Shown: one piece after another, positions 1 through 10,734 of the stretch
Layout: the number at the start of each line of letters is the position of its first letter
How positions within the stretch are numbered: position 1 is the first letter of the stretch
NCBI GenBank assembly: GCA_011192015.1
Contig: DUET01000087.1
Span: 10,341 to 74,340, forward strand
Source of the DNA: Anaerolineae bacterium
GTDB lineage: Bacteria > Chloroflexota > Anaerolineae > Anaerolineales > E44-bin32
Reading direction: 5' to 3'
DNA: 64,000 bases
Notes under the pieces: model-generated
Told to the model about the DNA's origin: nothing
Seen by the model: the letters and a program-made list of their open reading frames with translations, nothing else
The model's database searches: none
Translations under genes and position numbers: made by a program

Positions 1-1209
1 TCCCAGAACGCTGGTGAGTTCGAGCAAGGCGTCCTGAGCTGCGCTGAGGGCAACCTCACTCACTCCCAAATCACGAGCCTGATTGATGGCGCGAACCAAC
101 TCAAAGATGCTCCCCAGCGCTCCGGGAGTATTGAAGTCATCATCCATGGATTCGCGGAAACCCTTGCGTCCGTTTTCCACATGCGCGACCAACTCGGTTT
201 CCGCTTCGTCGTGCTTTCCGGGTGTGGGAGACGCCGGACGTAAAGCGCCCCGCAAGCGTTCCACGGCTCGCGTTGCTTGCTGAATCACATCCTCATTGAA
301 TGTCAACGGATTCCGGTAGTGGGAATTGAGCACAAGCAACCGAAACACGTCTGCATCATGATCTTGCAGAAACACATCGATGTCGAAGACATTTCCTGTG
401 GATTTCGACATGTCCGCACCCGCGAGGCGCATCATGCCGTTGTGAACCCAATAACGTGAGAATTCCTTCCCCGTTAGGCATTCTGTCTGGGCGATTTCGT
501 TCTCATGATGCGGGAACACAAGATCATTGCCTCCCCCATGTATGTCGATTTGATCCCCGAAATAGTGCATGTTCATCGCCGAGCACTCGATGTGCCAACC
601 CGGCCTCCCCTTGCCCCATGGGCTTTCCCAGGCAGGCTCTCCCGGTTTCGCCGCCTTCCACAAGGCGAAATCGGCGGGATCCTCCTTGCGTTCATCGACA
701 TCGATGCGGAAACCAGCACGCATATCCTCCAAGCGCCTGCCCGAGAGCTTGCCGTAATTTTCGTCCTTGGCCACCCGGAAGTAGACGTTGCCCTCCACTT
801 CGTAGGCGTACCCCTTTTCTTCCAGCGCCTGGACCATCTGCACGATCTGATCGATCTCCTCGGAAGCTCTGGGTTTTACGCTCGGCGGCATGACATTCAA
901 GTCACGCAGATGTCGATCGTACTCGTGGATGTACTTCTCTGCCAAGGCAATCGGATCCACGCCGATTTCATTCGCTCTCTCGATCACCTTGTCATCCACA
1001 TCGGTGTAATTCATGGCGTGTGTAACTTGGTAGCCCGAGAACTCCAGATACCGTCGGATCACATCGAACACAACCGAAGACATGGCATGTCCCATGTGTG
1101 CCTTGTCGTATACCGTGGGCCCACAGACATACATGCGTACCTTGCCAGATTCGATGGTTTCGAAGGGCTCTTTGCTACGAGTTAATGTGGAATAGATCTT
1201 GAGCCCCAT
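1..1209 (-). CDS. cysS: Cysteine--tRNA ligase, C-terminus cut by window edge
   Basis: Not in the ORF track because it runs off the window. My reverse-strand translation from ATG 1209 reads [44 protein letters not shown]... It has a class-I HIGH-type motif (HMGH), [25 protein letters not shown] and a KMSKS-type motif (DMSKS). Confidence 0.9.
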   Translation of the reverse strand, partial: MGLKIYSTLTRSKEPFETIESGKVRMYVCGPTVYDKAHMGHAMSSVVFDVIRRYLEFSGYQVTHAMNYTDVDDKVIERANEIGVDPIALAEKYIHEYDRHLRDLNVMPPSVKPRASEEIDQIVQMVQALEEKGYAYEVEGNVYFRVAKDENYGKLSGRRLEDMRAGFRIDVDERKEDPADFALWKAAKPGEPAWESPWGKGRPGWHIECSAMNMHYFGDQIDIHGGGNDLVFPHHENEIAQTECLTGKEFSRYWVHNGMMRLAGADMSKSTGNVFDIDVFLQDHDADVFRLLVLNSHYRNPLTFNEDVIQQATRAVERLRGALRPASPTPGKHDEAETELVAHVENGRKGFRESMDDDFNTPGALGSIFELVRAINQARDLGVSEVALSAAQDALLELTSVLG

Positions 1210-1212
1210 GGA

Positions 1213-2292
1213 TTACTCCTTGCTCCTCTTGGTTTTCCGGCTAGATTCGGGTTTAGCAAAGATCATCCGCCCTGCCGCAGTTTGCAGAACCTTGGTAACG
1301 AGCACGGGCATGGTTTGCTCGAGATACTGATTCCCCCCCTCCACGACCACCATGGTGCCATCATCCAGGTATCCCACACCCTGGCCTTCTTCCTTGCCCT
1401 CCTGGATCAATTGCACTTCGATGCTCTCACCAGGCAGGAAGATCGCCTTGACGGCGTTCGCCAATTCGTTGATGTTCAAAACGGGAACGCCCTGCAATTC
1501 TGCGACTCGGTTCAGATTGAAATCGTTGGTCACAATTGGACAGCGCAATTGCTTCGCCAGGATCACCAACTTGTCGTCCACATTGCGTACGCCTTCAACA
1601 TCCAAATCCGTGACGCGTAAAGGCACACGCGTGTCCTTGCGCAACCGATTGAGGATATCGAGGCCTCGACGGCCACGTTGCCGCCGCAGGTTGTCCGAAG
1701 AATCGGCGATATGCTGCAATTCGTTGAGTACGAAGGAGGGCACAAGCATCGGGCCCGAGATGAAACCCGATAAAGCGATATCCGCAATACGACCATCAAT
1801 GATCACACTGGTATCCAGCAGCACCTTGCGATCCGCCTGTCCCGATGCTTCTGCTTCACGTGATGAAGAACCGACAAACCGGCTTCGAATAAGACTCATG
1901 ATGTCGTTTTGGCGCATGATGAAAAGGGAGGCTCCCAGGTATCCGAAAACCACGGCCCCGATGAACGGGAGCAATTGGCCGAACGGGGCAGGCAGGAGAG
2001 AAAAGGGGAAGGAGACCAAGGCGGCGATGATCAATCCCACGACCATGCCAACCAAACCAGCAACCATCGTTTGTGCTGATAACTGGCCAACCTGACGGCG
2101 GATGGCACGCAGGGGCCTTGTCGTGATATAGGGAGTAATTACTAAACCCGTCAAACTGCCCATCAGCGTGAAAACCACTGCCCAAAGCGTTCGTATTCCA
2201 TCCGCTAAGTCACCAAGGTAAACGCCTAAATAAAATCCCCCGACACCCATGACAATCATTCCGAGCAGGCGTGAGATCAATTCAACGCTCAT
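1213..2292 (-). CDS. yacL: PIN/TRAM-domain membrane protein (YacL-like)
   Basis: ORF 1213-2343; preferred ATG at 2292 (MSVELISRLLG) with a GAAGGGA SD-like site upstream. It has N-terminal TM helices, a PIN-like block VLLDTSVIIDGRI...FVLNELQHIADS and a C-terminal TRAM-like beta region. The stop lies 4 nt from the cysS start, so they are probably co-transcribed. Confidence 0.65.
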   Translation of the reverse strand: MSVELISRLLGMIVMGVGGFYLGVYLGDLADGIRTLWAVVFTLMGSLTGLVITPYITTRPLRAIRRQVGQLSAQTMVAGLVGMVVGLIIAALVSFPFSLLPAPFGQLLPFIGAVVFGYLGASLFIMRQNDIMSLIRSRFVGSSSREAEASGQADRKVLLDTSVIIDGRIADIALSGFISGPMLVPSFVLNELQHIADSSDNLRRQRGRRGLDILNRLRKDTRVPLRVTDLDVEGVRNVDDKLVILAKQLRCPIVTNDFNLNRVAELQGVPVLNINELANAVKAIFLPGESIEVQLIQEGKEEGQGVGYLDDGTMVVVEGGNQYLEQTMPVLVTKVLQTAAGRMIFAKPESSRKTKRSKE

Positions 2293-2709
2293 TTGAATAA
2301 TCCCTTCTTGAATGAACGCAGGGTGAGTAGCCGCTGGCGGCACTCACCCTGTTGATAGTCACATCCCTAATGTTGATTCGTTAGGCTCGGCCTAGCTTCC
2401 CAGAATGGCTCTTGCCTTTGGTTGCAACCCTTGAACAATAAGGATGATACACAATGAGTCCAGGTCCGCCGGGCTGCGAAAAAAAATGTACATCTTCTCG
2501 CAAAGGTATGATATCACGCCCTGCTCAGGCATGTCAACGCGATCCGTTAGCATAAGGCCATCTCGTGTTGCCAAGAAGTCAGAATCCGCATGCAGAACAA
2601 CCGCTCCACAATCCACGTGAACGAAGCGCCTGTCGAATGCAGCCCATCGTCTGCTGGCATCACGGGTCCGATCCCATTCGAAGTCAGCCGGAAGTGTTAT
2701 GTGAAAGAC

Positions 2710-2741
2710 AATCGCCGACGCAGGTTTCTACGTCGGCGATT
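2710..2741 (-). terminator. Hairpin downstream of protease gene (putative terminator)
   Basis: Perfect 11-bp inverted repeat AATCGCCGACG (2710-2720) / CGTCGGCGATT (2731-2741) with a 10-nt loop. It lies about 80 nt past the stop of the minus-strand protease gene. The minus-strand downstream sequence GTCTTTCAC is only weakly T-rich. Confidence 0.45.
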
Positions 2742-2821
2742 AGGGATCGGAAAGGTTGCCCCTACACACCACATCTCCAGCGATGGGTTTGCATACTCCC
2801 CTTACACCCGGCCTCCGGGAA

Positions 2822-4369
2822 TCAATCGTAATGCGTGTAGTTCATGTTGCCATTAATTTGGAGGTTGTATTCTTCAGCCAATGTATTGTTATCACAATCG
2901 AGCAGCAGGATGTCGTATTCACCCGTCACCAAGGGAAAAACACTCACAGCTTCGGGAAAAACGATCTCCTGTGCGCCCAACTCATCCTGCCCCCAATTCT
3001 GAGCCAGGGAAGGAGATAGATAGGCATAGCAGATCGGATCGCTGGATTGATTGACGAGGGTGAAATCGATCGGGGTGTGGTTTCCACCCACGAAGATCGA
3101 TTCGGTGGCCAATCTCTCGCCTTCCACTTCCAGGACAAGCTCATAGAGACCATCATCAAGACCCAAGTCGTTGAATATGCATGCCCACCAATTTCCTGCA
3201 CTACCGCCGCCCCAAGAATCTTCGATGATGCTGCCGGTATCGCTCAACTCACGATCGATGAACCAGATTGCCGACCAGCTCATTCCATCGACCATGCCTT
3301 CAAATTCCCAAAAGACGCACAGTTCGGGTATGCCGCTGGGAAGAACCCTCACCACGTTCACGGGAGTGTCATTGTCTGTTACGCCTGGGGAGAATTCAAG
3401 GTTGTAGAAGATGGTGTCGGTGAGATCAAAGCCTCCTGGAGGTTGCGTGGTCCCGCCAGCGATGTACTGCTGCCCCGCTCGAGCGGCATCGATGATTGGG
3501 AAGGCCAAGTTCACAGGGCGCAAGCCATTGATGAAGCCGCCAATGGGAATGCAAGTATCCTGGTCATCGACGACTCCATCCCTGTTGGTATCCACAACCG
3601 CTCGACAATCCACGATGTCGGCTTGATCATCCCCGGAGGAAATCTGCGTTGGGATTCCGATCAAATAACCCGAGCTGTCCACGGCCATGCCGCCACTGTT
3701 GCCTCCTGCGATCGTGGCATCAGTCTTGATCCAAGCTCGACCATCAATGCCGCGTTCGCTAGTGAAGCCACTGATGGCGCCTTCGGTGAACGTGATCGTC
3801 TCACCCCCAATTCCGGGGTATCCCAGAATACGAAGATCACCTCCCAATTCGACAAGGTCGGAATCACCCAACTCCACTACGGGCAGATCAACGCTCACGC
3901 TGTTCCCCGAAAGGTCGGAGATGATGCGTATCACCGCTAAATCAAGTCCGTAATCGACTGCTGCGATCTCAGCCAGATAGGACAGATTCGGGGGTTGATC
4001 TGTGCGTTCGATCAGCGCCACACCAAGATGCGAATACTCGTCATATCGATCATCTACAACATGAGCGTTCGTGAGGATCAAACCGCGTTCATCGATAACG
4101 CTTCCCGAACCGCTCCAAATGGGGACATACTGGTCGCCTTCTCGATACATCGCCAGGATCTGCACGGTTGCCAGTGCAAGATCGTTGATCGACCGATCCG
4201 GCTCACCGATCCGAGGAGGTGTGGCTGTGGGAGACTGCTGATCGCCATCCAGAATGACGCATGACATTGCAGTCATCAGACTCGCAACCAGGATGATGGA
4301 CAACTTGAGTTTCAAACCATCTCGCGGCATGGGCATCTCTCCCGATTGAGAAGGATAAGAGACGAACAC
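2822..4369 (-). CDS. Secreted trypsin-fold (S1/HtrA-like) serine protease, probable lipoprotein, with unknown C-terminal domain
   Basis: 515-aa ORF (alternative start M12 at 4336). Signal with lipobox-like LMTAMSC. Catalytic-triad motifs TNAHVV (His), DLAVIRI (Asp), GGNSGG (Ser). The C-terminal domain of about 200 aa has no obvious PDZ signature. Confidence 0.75.
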   Translation of the reverse strand: MFVSYPSQSGEMPMPRDGLKLKLSIILVASLMTAMSCVILDGDQQSPTATPPRIGEPDRSINDLALATVQILAMYREGDQYVPIWSGSGSVIDERGLILTNAHVVDDRYDEYSHLGVALIERTDQPPNLSYLAEIAAVDYGLDLAVIRIISDLSGNSVSVDLPVVELGDSDLVELGGDLRILGYPGIGGETITFTEGAISGFTSERGIDGRAWIKTDATIAGGNSGGMAVDSSGYLIGIPTQISSGDDQADIVDCRAVVDTNRDGVVDDQDTCIPIGGFINGLRPVNLAFPIIDAARAGQQYIAGGTTQPPGGFDLTDTIFYNLEFSPGVTDNDTPVNVVRVLPSGIPELCVFWEFEGMVDGMSWSAIWFIDRELSDTGSIIEDSWGGGSAGNWWACIFNDLGLDDGLYELVLEVEGERLATESIFVGGNHTPIDFTLVNQSSDPICYAYLSPSLAQNWGQDELGAQEIVFPEAVSVFPLVTGEYDILLLDCDNNTLAEEYNLQINGNMNYTHYD

Positions 4370-4481
4370 ACTTGTGACTTCAATGGGATCTTTGTAAGCA
4401 TACCTTTAGAGCCGATATACCGCAACAAGAGAACCTGTGTGTGCTTCGGTGTACAATGCAGTCTCCAAAGGGAGTGATGGC

Positions 4482-5252
4482 ATGCATGTCTTGCTGACGA
4501 ATGATGATGGGATCGATGCCCCCGGCCTGCTCAAGTTAGCCCAGGCATTGAAAACCGAATACAGAATCACCATATTGGCCCCTGAACGCAATTGGTCTGC
4601 AGGTGGACACGTTAAAACCCTGCACCGCCCCATTCGTGTACGCAGCACGAAGCTCGCAGATGGAACTCCAGCTCTGACGAGCGACGGCGCCCCTTCGGAT
4701 TGCGTTGCGATGGCATTGCTGGGATTGATCGAGGATCCCATCGATCTCGTCGTATCCGGGATCAATCCTCACGCCAACTTGGGGCAAGACATGACGTACA
4801 GCGGTACGGTGACAGCGGCAATGGAGGCCGTGATCGCCGGTGTGCCTGGCATCGCTCTGTCTCTCGATTCTGCAAATGATGATGGTGAACCACCGGATTT
4901 CACCCACGCAGCCGCCCTCAGCGTTTTGCTGATCAAGCAATTGCTTGTTCATGAACTACCGAATGGTGTTGTCTTGAATATCAACATCCCCAATCGGCGC
5001 CGCGAGGAGATCCGCGATGTGGCCATCACGAGCCTGGGATCGCGCGTATACCGGGATACCCTGGTCAAGCGAACCGATCCTTCAGGTCGTCCATACTACT
5101 GGATCGGCGGGGATCCTCCGACGGGCATCACAGAGGTAGGAACCGACTTCTGGGCATTGGAACAGGGCTTTGTCTCCATCACGCCGCTCAGCCTCGATCT
5201 AACCGCTCGCAATCAGCTCGCCATTCTTGAAGCATGGGACTTTGAAATCTGA
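4482..5252 (+). CDS. surE: 5'/3'-nucleotidase SurE
   Basis: ORF 4437-5252; ATG 4482 follows an AAGGGAG SD. The N-terminus MHVLLTNDDGIDAPGL is the SurE signature, and a later SGINPHANLG block is present. Confidence 0.85.
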   Translation: MHVLLTNDDGIDAPGLLKLAQALKTEYRITILAPERNWSAGGHVKTLHRPIRVRSTKLADGTPALTSDGAPSDCVAMALLGLIEDPIDLVVSGINPHANLGQDMTYSGTVTAAMEAVIAGVPGIALSLDSANDDGEPPDFTHAAALSVLLIKQLLVHELPNGVVLNINIPNRRREEIRDVAITSLGSRVYRDTLVKRTDPSGRPYYWIGGDPPTGITEVGTDFWALEQGFVSITPLSLDLTARNQLAILEAWDFEI

Positions 5253-5383
5253 GATGGAAGTACCTTCCGTGCTAATGGCCAATCGGTCAAGATTGTGAGA
5301 TTATTACCGCTTGATCCAAGGTTATGATGGTCAAGATGAGTGCACATGATAAATCTCACTTCATGTCAAACCCACCCCGCACC

Positions 5384-5389
5384 TATAAT
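5384..5389 (+). promoter_or_regulatory. Candidate -10 box (TATAAT) for the formate dehydrogenase operon
   Basis: A perfect TATAAT sits in the 239-bp intergenic region about 130 nt upstream of the NuoE-like start. The -35 is weak (TCATGT at 17-nt spacing). Confidence 0.35.
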
Positions 5390-5518
5390 ATGGTGTGCTT
5401 TCTTCCACAAGCTCTCGAGGGCAATGCGCGGCAAAGCCATTGAAGAGGATAGTCGGCACCCGTGATCCTCGATCATAGGCTATAGCTCGAAATGCAGGCA
5501 GCAGGAAGGAATGACAAA

Positions 5519-6052
5519 ATGGCAAAGAAGCAATCCTCGAACGGCAAGGGACAATCAAAGGCTCCGCATCCCAGCGGCGACGAACGCTATAAGGTGATTG
5601 ATCGCACAATGAAGCGCTTCAAGTATGAGAAGGATGCGCTGCTTGAAGTTCTGCACGCAACTCAGGAAACTTTCGGCTTTCTTTCTGACGATCTCCTGAT
5701 CTACATTTCCAATCACCTGCAAGTTCCGCTCAGCCAAGTATATGGGGTTGCCACGTTCTACCATTTATTCACCTTCGAGCCCCTCGGAAAACACAACTGC
5801 ATCATTTGTACGGGAACAGCTTGCCACGTGAAAGGATCCGCAAGCATCGCGGAAGCCATCTCCCAGAAATTCAACGTGCCGATTGGAAAGACCACGGAAG
5901 ACGGACTTCTCAGCCTGACCACTGCCCGCTGTCTGGGCAGTTGTGGATTAGCCCCGGTTACCGTGCTGGATGGCGAGGTACACGGCAAAGCCACTGACGA
6001 GAGCACCATCGAACGCGTGGAGCGAGTTCTGGCAAACGAAGTCAAAGTATAG
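5519..6052 (+). CDS. NuoE/FdsG-like [2Fe-2S] thioredoxin-fold subunit of NAD-linked formate dehydrogenase
   Basis: ORF 5492-6052; preferred ATG 5519 lies 9 nt after AGGAAGGA. Cys pattern [13 protein letters not shown] ... [12 protein letters not shown] (C-x4-C...C-x3-C) is typical of NuoE/HoxE. Confidence 0.8.
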   Translation: MAKKQSSNGKGQSKAPHPSGDERYKVIDRTMKRFKYEKDALLEVLHATQETFGFLSDDLLIYISNHLQVPLSQVYGVATFYHLFTFEPLGKHNCIICTGTACHVKGSASIAEAISQKFNVPIGKTTEDGLLSLTTARCLGSCGLAPVTVLDGEVHGKATDESTIERVERVLANEVKV

Positions 6053-6067
6053 GAGAGGGGTCTGCGC

Positions 6068-7756
6068 ATGTCGCGAGAGAAACTGGACCAGATGGCGGAT
6101 CGCGAACGCGAACGCCAGGAAAAGTTCGACCGGCGTGTTTTCTGCTGCATCAGCACCGCCTGCCTTTCAGCCGGCGCCGGAAGGACCATGCAGGCACTGA
6201 AGGATGGTCTGGAGGCAAGCCAGTCTGGTGATAAGGTCGAAGTCGTCCAGACCGGTTGTATGGGACTTTGCAGTCGCGGTCCCCTCGTGCGGGTTCGAGA
6301 AAATACAGGGGAAGAAACCTACTATGCCGATGTCACTACAGAATTGGCGGAGGAACTCATCGCCAAGTACGTGCCTCTATCGGAACCCAAAGCCGGGGAT
6401 GAGGCTCTGGCCCCTGAGATCATCGAAACCCGTAGCAGGCTTGAAGCTGCTCGACGCAAGAGAACACTCAAGAAGCACATCCTCTCTCAGAACCTGCCAT
6501 TCTTCACGAAACAAGTCAAAGTCGTCTTGCGCGATGTCGGTTACGTCGACCCTGAAAAACTCGAGGATTACTTGGCCCACGGTGGTTATCAAGCTCTCTA
6601 CAAGGCCATCACCGAGATGACGCCCGAGGAAGTATGCGACGAGATGAGTAGAAGCGGGTTGCGCGGCCGTGGAGGCGCAGGGTTCCCAACCGGCACCAAG
6701 TGGACCTTCGTTCGCAAAGCGGAATCCGACATCAAGTACGTGGTCGTCAACGGGGATGAGGGCGACCCGGGTGCCTACATGGACCGCACGATGATGGAGG
6801 ACAATCCGCATCAAGTACTCGAAGGCATGATGATCGCAGCCTATGCGGTCGGTGCCTATCATGGGTTCTTCTACATCCGCGGTGAGTATCCCATCGCCAT
6901 CGATCGTATTCGCAGAGCGATTCGGGCCGCCCGACGGGCGGGGATACTGGGCGATTCCATCCTCGGTTCAGATTTCAACTTCAATGCCGATGTCAGGATC
7001 GGTGCGGGAGCCTTTGTATGCGGGGAAGAAACTGCCTTGATTCATTCGATCGAGGGCAAGCGCGGCATGCCCCGCATGCGCCCCCCCTATCCCGCCACAT
7101 CCGGTCTCTGGGGGAAACCAACCGTGATCAACAACGTTGAAACCATGGCCAGCGTTCCAGCCATTCTACTTAACGGCGCGGATTGGTATGCAAAAATCGG
7201 CACGGATCAAAGCAAGGGCACAAAGGTTTTTGCGCTCGCGGGTCAGCTCACCAACACCGGATTGATCGAAGTGCCGATGGGAATCTCCTTGCGAGAGATC
7301 GTGTACGAAATGGGCGACAACGTCCCCGGGGATGCGGAATTCAAAGCCGCACAGACAGGAGGGCCAAGCGGGGGGTGCATCCCAATGTCGCATGTCGATA
7401 CGCCCGTCGATTATGAGAGGCTCAAGGAACTGGGATCGATCATGGGATCGGGTGGTTTGGTGATCATTGACTCAACCACATCGATGCCGCAATTTGCGCG
7501 TTTCTTCATGGATTTCTGCGTCGATGAGAGCTGCGGGAAGTGCGTTCCGTGTCGGGTTGGCACGGTCCAAATCCGCGCGCTGCTTGACAAACTTCTCGAA
7601 GGGCGCGGACAGGTGGGGGATCTGGAACGCCTCGAAGAGGTTTGTGAGATTGTGAAATCCACCAGCCTCTGCGGTCTGGGTCAATCAGCACCCAATCCCG
7701 TGTTGAGTACGCTGCAATTCTTCCGTGAGGAATATGAAATCTTACTACCATCCTGA
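6068..7756 (+). CDS. NuoF/FdsB-like NAD(H)- and FMN-binding iron-sulfur subunit
   Basis: N-terminal thioredoxin-like domain ([11 protein letters not shown]...[12 protein letters not shown]). FMN/NADH site [13 protein letters not shown]. 4Fe-4S motif [12 protein letters not shown]...CGLGQSAP. Confidence 0.85.
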   Translation: MSREKLDQMADRERERQEKFDRRVFCCISTACLSAGAGRTMQALKDGLEASQSGDKVEVVQTGCMGLCSRGPLVRVRENTGEETYYADVTTELAEELIAKYVPLSEPKAGDEALAPEIIETRSRLEAARRKRTLKKHILSQNLPFFTKQVKVVLRDVGYVDPEKLEDYLAHGGYQALYKAITEMTPEEVCDEMSRSGLRGRGGAGFPTGTKWTFVRKAESDIKYVVVNGDEGDPGAYMDRTMMEDNPHQVLEGMMIAAYAVGAYHGFFYIRGEYPIAIDRIRRAIRAARRAGILGDSILGSDFNFNADVRIGAGAFVCGEETALIHSIEGKRGMPRMRPPYPATSGLWGKPTVINNVETMASVPAILLNGADWYAKIGTDQSKGTKVFALAGQLTNTGLIEVPMGISLREIVYEMGDNVPGDAEFKAAQTGGPSGGCIPMSHVDTPVDYERLKELGSIMGSGGLVIIDSTTSMPQFARFFMDFCVDESCGKCVPCRVGTVQIRALLDKLLEGRGQVGDLERLEEVCEIVKSTSLCGLGQSAPNPVLSTLQFFREEYEILLPS

Positions 7757-7803
7757 CCCAGGCATGCAAACTTTCAAGTCGATCACGCGTTAGGGAGTCG
7801 ACC

Positions 7804-10656
7804 ATGATCACCTTGACTATCGATGGTAAAAAGATCCAGATCGAAGAGGGCACGAATGTCCTCGAAGCGGCCTTACGAAATGGGATCGATATTCCTCACC
7901 TTTGCTACCACTCCGATTTGAGCGTTTCCGGAGGGTGCCGACTGTGCCAGGTCGAGGTGGAGGGTTACGACCAGCCGGTCACCAGCTGCGGAATGGCATG
8001 CGCCGAGGGGTTGGTCATTCAAACGCAATCCGAGCGGCTGACCGCTATCCGCCGCAACCTGATCGATATCTTCCTCGCAGATCACCCGCTCGACTGTGTG
8101 ACTTGCGATAAAGCCGGGTCCTGCCTGCTTCAGAAGTACGCCTATGAATATGGGGTCAAGGAAACGAGTTACATACCCATTTACTCGAAGACCCTATATC
8201 AGGATGACAATCCCTTCTTCATTCGCGATCATCAGTACTGCATTCTCTGTGGTCGCTGCGTGCGCGTCTGCGATGAGATTGTTGGTGTGCATGCGATCGA
8301 TTTCGCCAACCGTGGATTCGAGAGCCACATCGCAACGCCATACGACGGCCCCATGATTGACTCGTCCTGTGTCTTCTGTGGCAATTGCGTCGAGGTTTGC
8401 CCGACGGCTGCTCTGCTACCGGTCTCGCGACTCAAGCGCGGTCGTGAATGGGACCTGGAACGCGTGGATTCGATCTGTGGGTATTGCGGCGTGGGATGCA
8501 AGATCGAATATGCGGTCAAGGACAATGAGATCATCTACGCCCAGGCATCGGTGCAGGAATCCGTGAACGGCTCCTTCCTATGCACCAAGGGACGCTATGG
8601 TTGGGATTTCGCCGTCAATCCCGAGCGATTGACCCAGCCCATGGTCCGGCGCGATCTTGCATACTCCCTGGGCATCTCGACGGAGAATTGGAGACTTCCC
8701 AAGGTATCGCCTCTTGATATCGACAAACCCGATGTGGATGATTACTTCATTCCCGTGGACTGGGAAACTGCCTATGAAATCGTTTCGTCGAAGCTGGTCG
8801 ATATCGTCAAGGAGTCCGGCCCTGATGCAATTGTAGGTTTGGCCTCCGCCCGCTGCACCAACGAAGAGAACTACCTGTTTCAGAAGTTGATGCGCGCAGT
8901 GATCGGAACGAACAACGTCGATCACTGTGCCAGGCTTTGACACAGCAGTACAGTAGCAGGCCTCGTGCAGGCCTTCGGCAGCGGCGCAATGACCAACTCC
9001 ATCGACGAAATTCGGGATGCGGACTGCATTTTCATCACCGGTTCCAACACGGCTGAAGCCCATCCTGTCATCAGTTATGAAGTTGTTCGTGCGGTGAAGG
9101 GTGGCGCCAATCTCATCATTGTCGATCCTCGACGTACCCCGCTCGTCGATCATGCCACCCTCTATCTTCAACCGCATCCGGGAACGGACATCTACGTCTT
9201 CCTGGCGATGATGCACATCATCATTCGCGAGGGTTGGCTGGATGAAGATCTGATCCAATCGGAAACAGAGGGATTCGAAGCATATTCCGAGATCGTCAAG
9301 GACTATCCTCCCGAACGAGCTGCACTGATATCCGGTGTCCCCGAGGACCAGATCCAATTGGCAGCCCGGTTGTACGCGCTGGGCGAGCGCGCATATGGAG
9401 ATTCCCACTACCAGGATGCGCGGGGACACAGCACGATCCTCTACGCCATGGGAATCACCCAGCGCAGCAATGGCACCGACAGCGTCATGACCATGGCAAA
9501 CATGAGCATGCTCTGCGGACAGGTCGGCAAACCTTCCACCGGAGTGAACCCACTCCGAGGGCAGGCGAACGTCCAAGGTGCCTGTGACGTAGGTTGTCTG
9601 GTGAACGTCTTTCCGGGCTACCAACGCGTCACGGACGAGAAGGCTCGAAAGAAACTGGTCAAGACATGGAAGGTGGAAAGCCTTCCCGCCGAAGTGGGGC
9701 TGACGATCGTTGAGGCAACGCATGCCGCGTTGGAAGGCAAGGTCCGGGCGATGTACATCATGGGTGAAAACCCGATGATGTCCGATCCGAACACGAACCA
9801 CGTCGAGCAAGCCTTCCGCAATCTGGACTTCCTGGTGGTCCAGGATATCTTCCCCAGTGAAACTGCGTTCCTGGCGCACGTGCTGCTTCCCGCAGCCTCA
9901 TCGCTGGAGAAGGACGGCACCTTCACGAACAGCGAGCGCCGGGTCCAGCTTCTCCAAGGAGTGATCGCGCCGCCGGGCGAAGCCCTCCCGGATTGGGCGA
10001 TCACATCCGCAATCGCCAGGCAGGTTGCCATCAAGATGGGGAAGGACAGCGCTTCCAAGCAATGGGAGTTTTCCGGTACAGCCGAGATCTTCGATGAGTT
10101 GGCCGCTTCAACGCCGATCTATGGAGGTATGTCCTTCGATCGGTTGGAACCTCAAGGCCTGCAGTGGCCTTGCCCGGATCAAGAACATCCCGGAACCCCC
10201 ATCCTACATGTTGGAAAATTCGCCCGCGGCAAGGGCAAGTTCAATCCCGTAGAAGCTCGTGATCCTGCCGAGAAGACCGATGAAGAGTATCCGCTGAATC
10301 TATCCACCGGTCGTGTACTCTACCATTACCATTCCGGCACGATGACGCGCCGAAGCGCTCCTCTGCACTGGCGTGAACCGCATTCGTATGCCGAAATCAA
10401 TCCCGAAGATGCAGCCGTCGTCGATCTCAAGGATGGCGACGATGTCGACATCCACAGCCGCCGCGGCGTCGTGCACACGAAAACCAGGATCTCGAATGAC
10501 GTTCCACCGGGAACGATCTTCCTGGCCTTCCATTGGCGCGAGTCACCCGCAAACCGTCTCACTCAGGACTTCGCGCTGGATCCGGTGGCCAAGATCCCGG
10601 AATATAAGTTTTCAGCCGTACGACTGGAGAAACCAAGCGCAAAACGAAACAACTGA
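7804..10656 (+). CDS. fdhA: Formate dehydrogenase catalytic alpha subunit (NuoG/FdsA-like), selenocysteine-containing; joins ORFs 7804-8940 and 8965-10656
   Basis: N-terminal 2Fe-2S domain (CRLCQVEVEG) and 4Fe-4S ferredoxin motifs (CILCGRCVRVC, CVFCGNCVEVCP, CGYCGVGC) precede the molybdopterin domain. The two track ORFs share one frame and are separated only by TGA 8938-8940. Read-through gives [30 protein letters not shown], the position of the active-site Sec/Cys in FdhA/FdhF enzymes. The joined product is 950 aa with U at residue 379. Confidence 0.85.
8938..8974 (+). promoter_or_regulatory. UGA-Sec recoding site plus candidate SECIS apical hairpin
   Basis: UGA at 8938-8940. A hairpin AGGCCU (8958-8963) / AGGCCU (8969-8974), 6 bp with loop CGUGC containing GU, starts 17 nt after the UGA. 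An imperfect lower stem is possible. Folded by eye only. Confidence 0.5.
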
Positions 10657-10686
10657 AATCTGCATCGACCACGTTTGTGCTCTAAG

Positions 10687-10734
10687 CACACCTTCCATCG
10701 GCATCCCAGGATTGGTGGAAGGTGTGTTTTTCTT
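10687..10734 (+). terminator. Rho-independent terminator after fdhA
   Basis: 11-bp perfect stem CACACCTTCCA (10687-10697) / TGGAAGGTGTG (10716-10726), followed directly by TTTTTCTT. It lies 30 nt after the fdhA stop. Confidence 0.8.

Noticed and set aside
456-1185. Plus-strand ORFs 456-893, 505-1185 and 569-757
   Set aside because: They lie opposite the cysS coding sequence (HIGH/KMSKS motifs on the minus strand). The real gene is missing from the track only because it runs off the window.
2392-2616. 74-aa minus-strand ORF as a real gene
   Set aside because: It has no SD-like site that I could see, an odd composition, no motif, and overlapping ORFs of similar size in other frames. I left it unannotated.
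5398-5518. Calling the FDH leader a Moco riboswitch
   Set aside because: The context fits, but I could not match the conserved Moco-motif nucleotides from memory. It is reported only as an unclassified structured leader.
8578-9879. 433-aa minus-strand ORF
   Set aside because: It is antisense to the molybdopterin domain of fdhA, has no recognisable motifs and spans the Sec site region.
7804-10656. Reading fdhA as a disrupted pseudogene or as two separate genes
   Set aside because: The single TGA falls exactly at the Sec/Cys active-site position. Both halves are otherwise intact and in frame, and a hairpin follows. Selenocysteine recoding is the more parsimonious explanation.
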